Below are positions 15,335-28,753 of a stretch of DNA of 64,000 bases, one piece after another. A model generated the notes under the pieces. It was not told where the DNA came from. It made no database searches and worked only from the letters and a program-made list of their open reading frames with translations. The translations under genes were made by a program, and so were the position numbers. Every line of letters begins with the position of its first letter. Positions within the stretch are counted from its first letter, which is position 1. This DNA is from Eledone cirrhosa (lineage: Eukaryota): contig OZ024761.1 of assembly GCA_964016885.1 (NCBI GenBank), positions 13,702,001 to 13,766,000 on the forward strand, in the 5' to 3' direction.

Positions 15335-15580
15335 CAACATTATATGTTTAGCCACATGTGTAGCAAAACACATGCTTAACCACATCACATGTGTGGCAAG
15401 ACATTATAATATGTTTAACCACATGTGTTAGCAAGACATTACATGATTAACCACATGTGTGGCAAAACATTGTATGTTTAACCACATGTGTAGCAAGACA
15501 TTACAATGTTTAGCAAAACATTATATGTTTAGCCACATGTGTAAGAAGACATGTTTTGTTACATGTGTAACAAAACATGA
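15335..15580. repeat. Degenerate ~30-bp tandem repeat containing CACATGTG
   Basis: ttaaccacatgtgtagcaagacattatatgt-like unit about 7 times. Confidence 0.8.
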
Positions 15581-15639
15581 AAATTTGAAAATCCCACCTT
15601 TCCTTTTCTATCTTTTTGAAATTTGAAGAAAAATAAAGA

Positions 15640-16397
15640 TTTCTGATTTAGGCACAAGGCCAACAATTTTGGAGGGGGAAGTCGATTAAATCAACCCCAG
15701 TGCATTACTGCTACTTTATTTTATCAACCACCATTAACTCTTTAGCATTTACATTACTCTATATATGCTATTATACTGTATGTTTGGGGTAAAGGTATTA
15801 TCTCACATAATTTCAAATCTATGCAATTTTGATCATCATCATCATCATCATTTCATTTTACGTCCGCTTTTCCCTGCTTGCAAGGGTGGAACGGGAACTG
15901 ATTCTGGCATGATTTCTACAGCTGGATGCCCTTCCTAACACCAACCTCATTTACAGTGAGTGCTGGGTGCTTTTTTGCCGTGGCACCTGCACGACCACTT
16001 TGCAGTGGAATATGGACCCCAGTCCCTATCATCTCATTTCTACAGCTGAGTAAACTGGAGCAATGTGAAATAAAGTGTCTTGCTCAAGGAAACAACACAT
16101 CACCCGGTCTGAGAATTGGCCTCACAACCTTTCGATTGCAAGGCCAATGCTCTAACCACTAAGCCATGAGCCTCCATTTGATGTTATTAATATTGAGAAC
16201 AATACCTTAACATCAGTATAAGCAGCTGGTTACAGCCAGTTTGAACAGAAAGAGGTGAGAGAATTCTGGCCAGATATGGCCAGTTTAAATGCTAAAGGGT
16301 TAAGATGAAAGGCAAAGCTAACCTCAGCAAGATTAGAACTCAGAAGGTAAAGGGCAGTAACTATATGCCACAAGGCATGTTGTCCAATGCTCTACCA
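15640..16397 (-). mobile_element. Nested insertion: SINE B > TTAA MITE (15734-16303) > SINE A (15834-16176)
   Basis: SINE B halves rejoin across TTAA...TTAA; SINE A flanked by tttgat duplication. Confidence 0.85.
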
Positions 16398-17223
16398 ATA
16401 CTGCCAATTCACTGCCCAAATTGTCAGAAAAATAACAAGATGTAACAGAGCTAAGTTGACAGAGAGGTGTACTGCTTAATGTGAGTTTTCACATGTGGGT
16501 GGAGGCTGCGGTGGGGCAGGGGTCAATGACTTCTCTGAGTGGAGACTGGATTGACCTCTCCGGGTGGCAAAAAACATTAGATATACTGCTGTATGACAGA
16601 TGTTAAAAACAAACATGTCATTATCATTATGAATGAAGGCTTATATATATATATATATATATATGTCAACAAGTCTGTGATTTCCCGCCTTCACTTCACA
16701 CCGGCGTATATACGGGTCACTTTTACGACCTTTCAGACCCATGTTAGCTGGGGACGAGGTCATATATTTTATCGTTCCTGAGGTTTTTAACCCTAGGAAA
16801 GGAAAATGCTTCTCTGATGATCTTTGTTTTTCCATTAATATCCATGTGATATCTAATGTTTTGCAAAGTGAAACTGTACAGTAAGGGCCATCTGAATAGG
16901 TGAATATTTATATTATATTTTTTAATTTTGATTAATTTTAATTTTAAATTAATTTTGATTTATTTTGAAAAATTGGTTGAATTTTACTTGTTCTGCTTAT
17001 CTTGATATATATATACATATATACAAATGGAAGTTCAATTGAAGTTTTGGCTGTGGCCAAGCTAACGATATACAATCAGGTATGTGCAGCACAGCACTCG
17101 ATAAGGTTGTGTCACCTTAGAGCAATAACATACGTTAGATAGCTTGACAAATTGAAGACTGCGACAGGTGAGCCCAGTCACATAAAACCAAAGCAATGAA
17201 AAAACTAATTAGGTCTTGATAAA

Positions 17224-17518
<295 letters not shown>

Positions 17519-17579
17519 AGTATGTGTGTGGCTGTATCTGTATGTGTGTATACAGGCATATCATGGTTCGATAGGAGCT

Positions 17580-18776
17580 TTAACTCTTTAGCATTTAAAC
17601 CGGCCATATCCAGTCAGAATTCTCTCACTTTTTTCTGTTCAAACCAGCTTTAAACAGCTGCTCATACTGATGTTAAGGTACTGTTCTCAAAATATATATC
17701 AAAATTTCATAGATTCGATATTATGTGAGGTAAAGACTTTACCATGAAAATACAATAGTATATATAGAGTAATGTAAATGTTATGTGAGGTAAAGCCTTT
17801 ACTGTGAAAATACAATAGTATATATAGAGTAATGTAAATGTTATGTGAGATATTATGTGAGGTAAAGCCTTTACCATGAAAATACAATAGTATATATAGA
17901 GTAATGTAAATGTTATGTGAGATATTATGTGAGGTAAAGCCTTTACTGTGAAAATACAATAGTATATATAGAGTAATGTAAATGTTATGTGAGATATTAT
18001 GTGAGGTAAAGCCTTTACCATGAAAATACAATAGTATATATAGAGTAATGTAAATGTTATGTGAGATATTATGTGAGGTAAAGCCTTTACCATGAAAATA
18101 CAATAGTATATAGAGAGTAATGTAAATGTTATGTGAGATATTATGTGAGGTAAAGCCTTTACTGTGAAAATATAACAGTATATATAGAGTAATGTAAATG
18201 TTATGTGAGATATTATGTGAGGTAAAGCCTTTACCATGAAAATACAATAGTATATATAGAGTAATGTAAATGTTATGTGAGATATTATGTGAGGTAAAGC
18301 CTTTACCATGAAAATACAATAGTATATATAGAGTAATGTAAATGTTATGTGAGATATTATTTGAGGTAAAGCCTTTACCATGAAAATACAATAGTATATA
18401 TAGAGTAATGTAAATGTTATGTGAGATATTATGTGAGGTAAAGCCTTTACCATGAAAATACAATAGTATATATAGAGTAATGTAAATGTTATGTGAGATA
18501 TTATGTGAGGTAATGACTTTACCATGAAAATACAATAGTATATATAGAGTAATGTAAATGTTATGTGAGGTAAAGCCTTTACTGTGAAAATACAATAGTA
18601 TATATAGAGTAATGTAAATGCTATGTGAGATATTATGTGAGGTAATGACTTTACCATGAAAATACAATAGTATATATAGAGTAATGTAAATGTTATGTGA
18701 GATATTATGTGAGGTAAAGCCTTTACTGTGAAAATATAATAGTATATATAGAGTAATGTAAATGCTAAAGAGTTAA
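17580..18776. mobile_element. TTAA MITE containing ~15 tandem copies of its own 72-bp (some 60-bp) subterminal segment
   Basis: TTAACTCTTTAGCATTTA at 17580, TAAATGCTAAAGAGTTAA at 18776; array ~17716-18765. Confidence 0.9.
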
Positions 18777-18905
18777 AGCAATGAATAAAAATGTTTGTGT
18801 GTGTAAAACTGAATAAAAATGGTCATAGTCTTACCCATGCTAGCATGGAAGATGGATGTTAAACGATGATGATGATGATGATGATGATGGTGTGTGTGCA
18901 CATGT

Positions 18906-19246
18906 CATCATCATCATCATCATCATTTTACGTCCACTTTTCCCTGCTTGCAAGGGTGGGACGGGAACTGATTCTGGCTTGATTTCTACAGCTGGATGCC
19001 CTTCCTAACACCAACCTCATTTACAGTGTGGGCTGGGTGCTTTTTTGCCACGGCACCTCCACGACCACTTTGCAGTGGAATATGGACCCCAGTCCCTATC
19101 ATCTCATTTCTACAGCTGAGTAAACTGGAGCAATGTGAAATAAAGTGTCTTGCACAAGGAAACAACTCATCACTCGGTCTGAGAATTGAACTCACAACCT
19201 TTCGATTGCAAGGCCAATGCTCTAACCACTAGGCCATGTGCCTCCA
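18906..19246 (-). mobile_element. SINE family A
   Basis: Full-length copy matching the others. Confidence 0.9.
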
Positions 19247-19292
19247 TTACATAACAATCATATAAGCATATATGGAAAAGTCATAGACTTAC

Positions 19293-19347
19293 CAGGGGCG
19301 GAACAATCTGCACAGATCTCCGCAGTTCTGATATTTCCTCTGGACAT
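19293..19347 (-). CDS. GIT1: ARF GTPase-activating protein GIT1/GIT2 orthologue, first coding exon
   Basis: ATG at 19347; MSRGNIRTAEICADCSAP-G|gtaagt matches the GIT N-terminus (MSR...AEVCADCSAPD, first CxxC of the ArfGAP zinc finger) with a phase-1 donor. Confidence 0.88.
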
Positions 19348-21074
19348 GTGAAGTCTAGTAATCTTCCGTGATATTATTATTTTTAGATATTGTTTTTGTT
19401 TTATATATAAATAATACAACTACTACTACTACAACAACTACTACTAATATTAATAACTAATGTTATTATTATTAATATAGTAACTTCATCCTTGTGAGAC
19501 TAAGATAAATGAATTGATGGTGCCAAGCTGTGCTGTTTTGGGGGAGTTTTTTGTGTGTGTTTAGAAGTTGAGGGTGACGGATGCACCTCCACCAAAAAAA
19601 AATGGAAAAAAAAAAAAAATCAAAAATTTCACCCCTAGTCACCAACGATGGCTCCCGATTTGTTAGCCATGTTGTTGTTGTTGATGTTGTTGTTAAATGC
19701 TGATGCTCACTTAATTTTTCTTTAGTGTATTTTTTTTCTTCACATCATCGCTGAGCTTGTTTTCCTGTTGTTGTTGTTGTTGTTGTTATTGTTGGGGGCG
19801 GAGGGGATTCTGTAGTTAAATCAAATCAACCAATGATGTTGACTATGATGCTGATAACGATGATGATGACTGTTATTTTTGTTGTTGTTGTAATTGTTCC
19901 GATTGGCCAACAAAGTAGCTAGTTGAAGAAATACTTATGGCGGTGCCCCAGCATGGCCTCAGACTGAGAGAAAATAATGAACTACAGCTGCTACTTTTGA
20001 TGCCAATCAATGTTTCAATATAAAAACATCTCTTAAAATATTGAGTCCTTCTTATTTCTTTCTTTAAAGAATTTCTCTTGGCCAACTTTCTATAATTTTT
20101 TTAATATTTTTTCTAATTTATGCAAAAAAAAACAAAACTTTCCTTTTCTTTTATTTTTCCTTGTAATAATTTTTTTAGAGGGGGAAAAAAGAGGAGAAAG
20201 TATGGGCTTGCTAATTGTTGTTGTTGTCCAATACTAATGAACATAACAGTGATTAAATTGACCCCAGTATTTTGACATCTGGCAAAAATAACCAGAAAGG
20301 GTCGATCGACATTGAGTAGGGGACGAACAGGTTCAAAGAAACCCTTATAAATTGTAATGAACAGATCAGCTTGGACACTCTTGTTGCTTGGACATTGATT
20401 AAAAGCTCCTGCTGCAAAGATTCCAGACAGAAGGGTCTATTTTGTTAAAGGGGTGTGTGAAGAACTGGGACTTGGTGGCTGGTGACACAGAAAAAGAAAG
20501 GAAGGAACTTGTTAGCAAATTACAACAGCAACAACAAGAACAACAGCACATCAATTAATCAACACTACTTCTGTTACTGTTGAAAAAAAAATGGATGGTG
20601 CTGGTGGTAATGATGGTGATGGAAATGTAGGGGGCTTTTGGAAGTGTTGTAGTTTTCAGGTAAAGCTGGCTGCTAGGTTGGTTAGTTGGTAAGGGTTTTA
20701 ATTTAATTCTTATCTTGTTTCTGGTTTAATCTGATCACCAGATTCTGTGGAGGAGGAGGAGGATGAGGCTACGATTGATCTCTCTTTCCACTTTTATTTA
20801 TTCACAGATGTGCTCCATATAAATACCCTCCAGAAATAGGTACAGAGTAGAGAGAACGAGAGAGAGGGGATGTAGTTGAAAAACTGAAGATGAAGATTGT
20901 AATAGTAGTGGTAGCAGCAGTAGTGGTAGCAGTAGTAGTAGTAGTAGTACTGTTGTTTATAGCAATGGATGAAGATGTCGATGGTGATGATAAAGGTGCT
21001 TGCTGTTGTTGCTCATGGTTACTCCTTGTGTCTGAACTAGGATTCTTCTTATCTGCTATATACACAGATGGCAA
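19348..21074 (-). other. GIT1: Putative long 5' UTR portion of the GIT start exon
   Basis: No clear acceptor close to the ATG; strong acceptor tgttttctctgtctctttctag| at 21075; intervening sequence is nearly TE-free and rich in simple triplet repeats. Confidence 0.5.
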
Positions 21075-21092
21075 CTAGAAAGAGACAGAGAA

Positions 21093-21128
<36 letters not shown>

Positions 21129-21354
21129 AGATTAGAGCAAACATCACGGGCGCTCTATCTCAAAATTATTTTTTAAAAGCATTAGAAATGCGCAACCGGT
21201 AAAACTTAAAACCAAAACTGAATACTAACCAATACTATTACTAATTCTCACTTATTCCTAATTAAACTATTTTCCACTGTGAACAATTTGTCAGCATTTT
21301 CTTTTCCGTTTACCAATATATCATAACTTGTGTGTTACACCTCTATTCTTTTAA

Positions 21355-21386
<32 letters not shown>

Positions 21387-21395
21387 GTATGTATG

Positions 21396-21424
<29 letters not shown>

Positions 21425-21433
<9 letters not shown>

Positions 21434-21772
21434 TAAAAGGAATTCCAACTTTGTCTGATTTACTCGTTTTATTTACAATCCTTTAAAATTTATAATGGTA
21501 TTATAATGAAATAGTATGGTAGAATATTAAATGTTAAGTGTTAATTGAACAAGTACTTTCATGCTTTCGCAATCTTCAGGTTCATATTCTGTGGTGACAG
21601 TCAAGTTTGCAATTTTCAACCTGATGATTGCAAAAGCATGAAAGTACTTGTTCAATTAACACTTAACATTTAATATTCTATCATACTATTTCATTTTAAT
21701 ACCATTATAAATTTTAAAGGATTGTAAATAAAACGAGTAAATCAGACAAAGTTGGAATTCCTTTTATTAATA
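21425..21772. mobile_element. Fold-back element (~155-bp arms) carrying hammerhead motifs
   Basis: Arms 21425-21582 and 21618-21772 are near-perfect reverse complements; next to (TA)n. Confidence 0.9.
21546..21584 (-). ncRNA. Minimal type-I hammerhead ribozyme
   Basis: UGAAC-CUGAAGA-U UGC GAAA GCA U-GAAAG UA CUU-GUUCA; stem I UGAAC/GUUCA, palindromic helix III AAGUACUU. Confidence 0.75.
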
Positions 21773-21840
21773 TAATCTTCTATACACAATCATACACACC
21801 CGTGTATATTTATCTATCTCTCTCTCTCTCTATATATATA

Positions 21841-21940
21841 TATATACTATTTCTAAAAGACACCAAAGAATCTATATATACTATTTCTAAAAGACACCAA
21901 AGAATCTATATATACTATTTCTAAAAGACACCAAAGAATC
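21841..21940. repeat. 34-bp tandem repeat x3
   Basis: tatatactatttctaaaagacaccaaagaatcta. Confidence 0.9.
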
Positions 21941-22098
21941 ACTGTATTTTCAAACTAACATGTTTAGGTCGACAAAACTTTGCCCCAGAGTCATACAGTT
22001 ACAGTTCAAAAAACCTAAAAAGATTTTAATCTAGCTTACAAACTTCTGGTAAAGTTTCAATACTGAACTTAATAATATTATCACTATTATATATATTA

Positions 22099-22290
22099 GG
22101 GCGATGAATTGGCAGTATCGGTAGAGGGTCGGACGCCATGCTTTGACGCATAGAGTTACGGCCCTTGCCATTCTGAGTTCAAATCCCGCCAAGGTTAACT
22201 TTGCCTTTCATCCTTACGGTGTCGATAAAATAAAGTACCAGTAATGTACTGGGATAATTGCTGGCCTTGTGCCAATATCAGAAACAATTA
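22099..22290 (+). mobile_element. tRNA-derived SINE family B
   Basis: TGGCAGTATCGGTAGAG (A box)...GAGTTCAAATCCC (B box), core tttgcctttcatcc...gtcgataaaataaagtaccag, tail ggccttgtgcc. Confidence 0.85.
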
Positions 22291-22524
22291 TATATATATA
22301 TATATACCCACACACAAATTGAAAAAAGACAAGATGGAGAAACAGATTAAGACCACAAAGAAGGAGAGGCACAAAAGAGAACAGATAGTTGTTGAGGAGG
22401 TCACAGAGTGTGTGATGAAAGAACTTTGACAAACTCAACCAATAACTAGTAATAAAGATAAAGTGAAAATCATATGGTGTTTGTGTGTGTTTTCTATTGG
22501 CAATATATATCATCACAACCACTG

Positions 22525-23085
22525 TTCTCACAGCGGGACCATGGTTTGGGAGACACAGCCACATTTACACTGTAGAACAGGATGTCACCATTAAGGAGAG
22601 GGACAGGCCAAGTTGGCCGTCCCTAAGCCTCCTCACAGCAGAACGATAGTTTGGGAGCCTGGAATTGGATGGCACCGCTTTAAGGAGGGACAGGCCAGTT
22701 GGTTGTGCCGAACCCTTCTCACAGCAGAACCATAGTTTGGGAGCCTGGAACTGGATGGCACTGTTTTGAGGAGGGACAAGCCAGTTGGCCATGCCAAACC
22801 CGTCTCATAGCGGAATCATAATTTGGGATCCTGGAACTAGATGGCACCACTTTGAGGAAGGACAGGCCAGTAAGACGTGCCGAACCCTTCTCACATTGGA
22901 AACATAATTTGGGATCCTGGAACTAGATGGCACTGCTTTGAGGAAGGACAGGCCAGTAAGACGTGCCGAACCCTTCTCACATTGGAAACATAATTTGGGA
23001 TCCTGGAGCTGGATGGCAAAGTTTGAGGAGGGACAGGCCAGTTGGCCATGCCAAACTCTTCTCACGGTGGCAACATAGTTTCCTC
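22525..23085. repeat. ~86-bp tandem repeat x6-7
   Basis: ggacaggcc-like anchor at 22601, 22688, 22774, 22860, 22946, 23031. Confidence 0.9.
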
Positions 23086-23400
23086 TTTTGGGGTATCCTG
23101 CAACCTTTAAAGCCCTACATCTCTTTAAACAGCTGTCTTTATTTATGTGCATCACATGACCATACCACCACAGTCTTCTCTCCTGCACACAGCATTTGAT
23201 CCTTCTTGTGCCCAGTTTCGCTCTCAATCCATATACACTTTGCCGTTTATACACACTTCTGTTACACATACATCATATAGCCTTTGATTCTTTCCAATCT
23301 CAGTAGGTCTACAGCACACACTGCCCATGTTTCACTACCATGTAGCATTGCTGAGCACACAGGCATCATACAGTTTGCCTTTTATCTTGAGTGAGAGACC
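23086..23400 (-). mobile_element. RTE-type LINE 3' fragment
   Basis: LRAKLGTRRIKCCVQERRLWWYGHVMH motif typical of RTE ORF C-termini. Confidence 0.75.
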
Positions 23401-24559
23401 CATATGTATATAACATACTTCTCCACACACACTCTACCACAAGCCAAGGAAATCTCAAAGTGTACTCTCAATTTGCTAAAAATAACAGTCAAATCGTTTT
23501 GAAAACGCAAATGACAAATTAAATAATGTACTTCTAGATACACTATGCCTAAAGAAAATGGATTGGATGGTCATAAGTGGAGGATCTTTGACCACACATC
23601 CACCACATAAAATGAATGATTGACCTGACTAAAAAAAAACATACACACTCTCTCTCCCTCTTATTTCTCCCACCCCTTCTCTATCAATCATACACACTCA
23701 CAGTGACTCACACAGCCGTCCGATTTAAACCGTATAAATATAGACACACACACACACTTAGACACACTGCTGAGGTAAACAGATACGCACACACATACCG
23801 AGGCATGCAGACACGCACACTTACGCATATACAGAGGCATACACAGACAGACAGACACACACACATACACACAGAAAGGAGTCTAGACACACCCTCAAAC
23901 ACATATACAGGGGTATACAAACACCCTTACACACACACACACAAATACACACTCAGTCACTCACACACAAATACACACTCAGTCACTCACACACATATAC
24001 CCTAACTCACATATAGACGTACACAAACACTACACCCCACCACCCCACACACAAACACACCCTCACTCAAACACACATAGACGTACACAAACACCACCTC
24101 ACACACACACACACACCGTCACATCTTCACACACATATAATGCCATCCTACAGCTATGCAAAACACGAGAGAAGAGCAAGGAAATGGCACAGTTTTTGGT
24201 CCGACGATATTTATCATCATCATAATCAATGCTACCAATACAATTAGTAATAGAGTGCTAGTATTATTATTAGTGATGGTGGTGGTAGCATTCCATTTAA
24301 CCAAACAGACGTTCACACTGTCGGCTTAATCTTTTTTCTCTCTCTCTCTATCAATGCCAGCTGTCACTCAAACACACATCCTTTTATTTCTAAATGTGTG
24401 TTACAAGATATATAAATATATAACATCTCTCTCTCTCTCTCTCCATCTCTCAGTAGCTATCTGCCCCCTAAAAAACACACACGAAATTGTTCCAACCATT
24501 CTAAGACTTTGCTATATACAGATACTGCTCTCTTTCTGTATACATATATATATATATAT

Positions 24560-24768
24560 AACGAAGGAAATGTGGTAAGGAACCAAGTGGACCATAACGC
24601 ACCAAAGTACTCAATATTTAGGGTAGTAGAGAGGGTAATGGGAACGAGTAGGACCCCGACGACTGAGCTCAAGCCGTTTCGACGGCTAATTCTGGACTAA
24701 AGAAAAAGAAAAAAAAATTAGCCGTCGAAACGGCTTGAGCTCAGCCGTCGGGGTCCTACTCGTTCCTA
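24560..24768. mobile_element. (TA)n-inserted element with terminal fold-back; further copies at 25757-25958, 26163-26260, 27155-27292, 54250-54443
   Basis: Shared aacgaaggaaatgtggtaagg...agtactcaata...ggaccccgacggctgagctcaagccgtttcgacggc; hammerhead 3' half GAAACGGCT-tgagctc-AGCCGTC on the opposite strand. Confidence 0.8.
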
Positions 24769-25651
24769 TATATATATCAAATTAATTAACCGAGTTAAAA
24801 ACTCGCATTAATCCCCTATAATTTAGGGAGCTCAAGGAATATATATATTCCGAGCTTTGTATGTGTGTGTGTGTGTGTGTGAAACCCGGGTTCAACGGAG
24901 GTAATCACAGTAAGTAAGGTACTCAGTACATTGCAGAATATAAATTTTTAATATAGAAATGGCTTCTACAGGACTAGAACTGTTTCATTCAAAGGAAATC
25001 ATATATATATATATATATATATCATTTAAGTTATTTTGATCGCCAATGTGTAGAACTGGTGGTCCTGCTAAGCAAGTCATGATGTAACAATTCAATATTT
25101 ATTTTATGTTAATATAAATATGACTCCTACAGAACTAAAACAGTTTCATTCGTATGGAATCATCAAGCCTCCCGTTACCTATCGGAAATCCACCCTTGGT
25201 TATATAGAGATAAACACATGTGTGTGTTTATCTTTGTCTCTTAGTGTCTATCTACTCATATAAACAGCAATTGTCCCAACCATTGGAAGTGATGTTATAT
25301 AAATGCGTGCTTCATCTCTCACATATCATGTATGTATGTATGTATGTGTGTGTATGTATGTATGTGTGTGTGTGTATATATGTGTGTGTGTGTGTGTGTG
25401 TATGTGGATTCTAGATGAGTATCGGGTGGTGATCACAGTTAAGGAACTCAATACGTTTATAGAGTATAGAATATAAGTTCTAGTCATTTCTACATAATAC
25501 ATATATAGATGTGTATATATATATATATACATATATTATATACACGCACAAAAATATGTATGTTGCATACATATAGTATAGTGTGAGATGGAATGAGTGT
25601 AATTATGTAAATTCTGATATTCATGTAGCGGATGTGTGGATATATATGTGT

Positions 25652-25707
<56 letters not shown>

Positions 25708-25954
25708 ACACATATATATCCACACATCCGCTACATATATATATATATATATATATAACGAAGGAAATGTGGTAAGGAACCACATGGAGCATAACGCACC
25801 AAAGTACTCAATACTTAGGGTAGTAGAGTGGGTAATAGGAAAAAGTATGACCCCGGCGGCAGAGCTCAAGCTGTTTCGACGGCTATTTCTGGAAATATAG
25901 TCCAGAAATAGCCGTCGAAACGGCTTGAGCACTGCCGTCGGGGTCATACTTTTT

Positions 25955-26015
<61 letters not shown>

Positions 26016-26134
26016 TTCAGATTAAAGTTTAAGCAAAGAATGTCTGCTTTCACCCTATTACGGGTTTTATATATATATACGATCCTTATCGAGCCCTCTT
26101 CGGATTTTGATCTTTTGATCTTAGTAATTATTAT

Positions 26135-26165
<31 letters not shown>

Positions 26166-26256
26166 GGAACGAGTTCCTATTACCCACTCTACTACCCTAA
26201 ATATTGAGTACTTTGGTGCGTTATGGTCCACCTGGTTCCTTACCACATTTCCTTCG

Positions 26257-26297
<41 letters not shown>

Positions 26298-27101
26298 AGC
26301 GTGGTAAAGAAGACGTAGAAACGATGATGATGATGTGTGTGTGAGTGTTCTGTGGGAGAGTCGCTTCCAGGAGACGAACAGAAGAAATTAGATGTTATGC
26401 AGTTTAAAAAGAGAAGAAAGGGTTCTGTGAGTATTTAAAGGGCAGACATGATGGAATGAGAGAATGAGAGAGAGTGAGTGAGAGAGAGAGAGGGAGAGAG
26501 AGATGACTAAAACAACAACTCCAAGAATTACTGTTACTCACTTAGTTCATACATTCAATTCAAGTTACAATAAATACACACACACAATCTTATATATATA
26601 TATATATATATATATATTGATATTATTCAATTTAGGAAAGTTGGTTGATCAGATAATCCACCGACTTTTGTTGTAAACAGACGTAAAGCATCCTACGATT
26701 TGTATTCCTTAGAATAATATCTATAAGATATCAACCGAAGTTTCTATATTATAAACGGTTTTAAACAGAGGATGTACATTTAAAACCGCCTCTCTTCTTT
26801 GTAATATATATTGATATATATATTGATATATAGATAGAACGATTCAGATAGCATTCCGTTAAAGAACGGAAGGGATCATACAATTAAAACAAGGTACTGA
26901 AAAGGGGCTTTGTGAAGATTTCATTACCGAATGAAAGAGAACTAGTCCTGCAGAAATCGGTCGTCAATTAAATACGAAATATCTGAATTATATATGAAAC
27001 CAGATTTCTACTTTGAGGGGGAAGAGCTCTGCCCAGAAACGGTTTCGAACTCTCCTCTCTTTCTATTCCAAACGTGATAGAAACTTTATGAATTATGTAT
27101 T

Positions 27102-27156
<55 letters not shown>

Positions 27157-27481
27157 CGAAGGAAATGTGGTAAGGCACCAAGTGGACCATAACGCACCAA
27201 AGTACTCAATACTTAGGGTAGTAGAGTGGGTAATTGGAACGAGTAGGACTTCGACGGCTGAGCTCAGCCGTCGGGGTCCTACTCGTTCCTATACATATAT
27301 ATATATATATGATAGTAATAATAATGAGTTTCAGAAGATCCCGTTTAGGGTGAAAGCAGCGATTCTTTGCTTAAACTTTAATCTGTTATTTTAATAAATA
27401 TATATATATAGGTAAGTTATTCCGAGTTGAATCGGAGGTAACCACAGTAAGTAAGGTATTCAATACATAGCAGAGTATAAA

Positions 27482-27694
27482 AGTTTTAATATAGAAGAGC
27501 TTCTACAGGACTAGAACTGTTTCATTCGTGAGAAATCATCAGGAATCTGACTGTCCAAGTAAATATGGTGGTATTTATATCTGTAGCCACTAGGAAAGAT
27601 ATAAATACCACCATATTTACTTGGACAGTCAGATTCCTGATGATTTCTCACGAATGAAACAGTTCTAGTCCTGTAGCTCTTCTATATTAAAACT
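27482..27694. mobile_element. Fold-back element (~100-bp arms) with CTGATGA...GAAAC...GTC core
   Basis: Arms 27482-27582 / 27597-27694; core at 27637-27670; relatives at 24895-25000 and 25110-25170. Confidence 0.85.
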
Positions 27695-27770
27695 ATATAT
27701 ATATTTATATATATACATATATATACATATATATACATATATATATACATATATATACATATATATATAC

Positions 27771-27833
<63 letters not shown>

Positions 27834-28082
27834 CATATATATATACATATATATATATATACATATATATATACATATATATATATACATATATATATAC
27901 ATATATATACATATATATATACATATATATATACATATATATACATATATATATACATATATATATACATATATATATACATATATATATATACATATAT
28001 ATATATACATATATATATACATATATATATATACATATATATATACATATATATATACATATATATATACATATATATATAC

Positions 28083-28113
<31 letters not shown>

Positions 28114-28342
28114 CATATATATATACATATATATATACATATATATATACATATATATATATACATATATATATATACATATATATATACATATATATAT
28201 ATACATATATATATATACATATATATATACATATATATATATACACATATATATACACATATATATACACATATATATGTATATACACAGATATATATGT
28301 GTATATATATATATATATATATAGATATATATGTATATATAT
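27695..28342. repeat. (TA)n interrupted by CA, ~650 bp
   Basis: Directly visible. Confidence 0.95.
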
Positions 28343-28710
28343 AATATTGGGTATAAATCGAAGTTTTATCTTCTATATAGCAGGTACTATTTGAGTTGTT
28401 TGAGGTAATATATATATATCCGTATAAAGCTGACGGTCGAGAGATCAGAGTCCTCAATATCGAATTAGAGTTTAAATATTCACTATTTAGCCATCATAAA
28501 ATGTGTGTGTGTGTGTGTGTGTGAAGGATATCTGGAGATAAAGAGATAAGGAAAACAATGCTTAATCTATTACAAGAGAACTTATTTAGTATATAGTAAC
28601 ATTTCATACTCATAACATGTATGTGCGGCCTTAGATTTCAGGATCCAGTTATGGTTATCACTGTATAGTAGAGGAGCCGTTTAGAGACTGGCCTCTCATA
28701 TATATATGTG

Positions 28711-28753
<43 letters not shown>

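Noticed and set aside
17699-18667. 322-aa and 316-aa repetitive ORFs
   Set aside because: 72-bp MITE-derived tandem repeat
20802-21074. 90-aa ORF beginning at the putative acceptor
   Set aside because: Starts at TTG, low-complexity triplet repeats, no recognisable domain; treated as UTR
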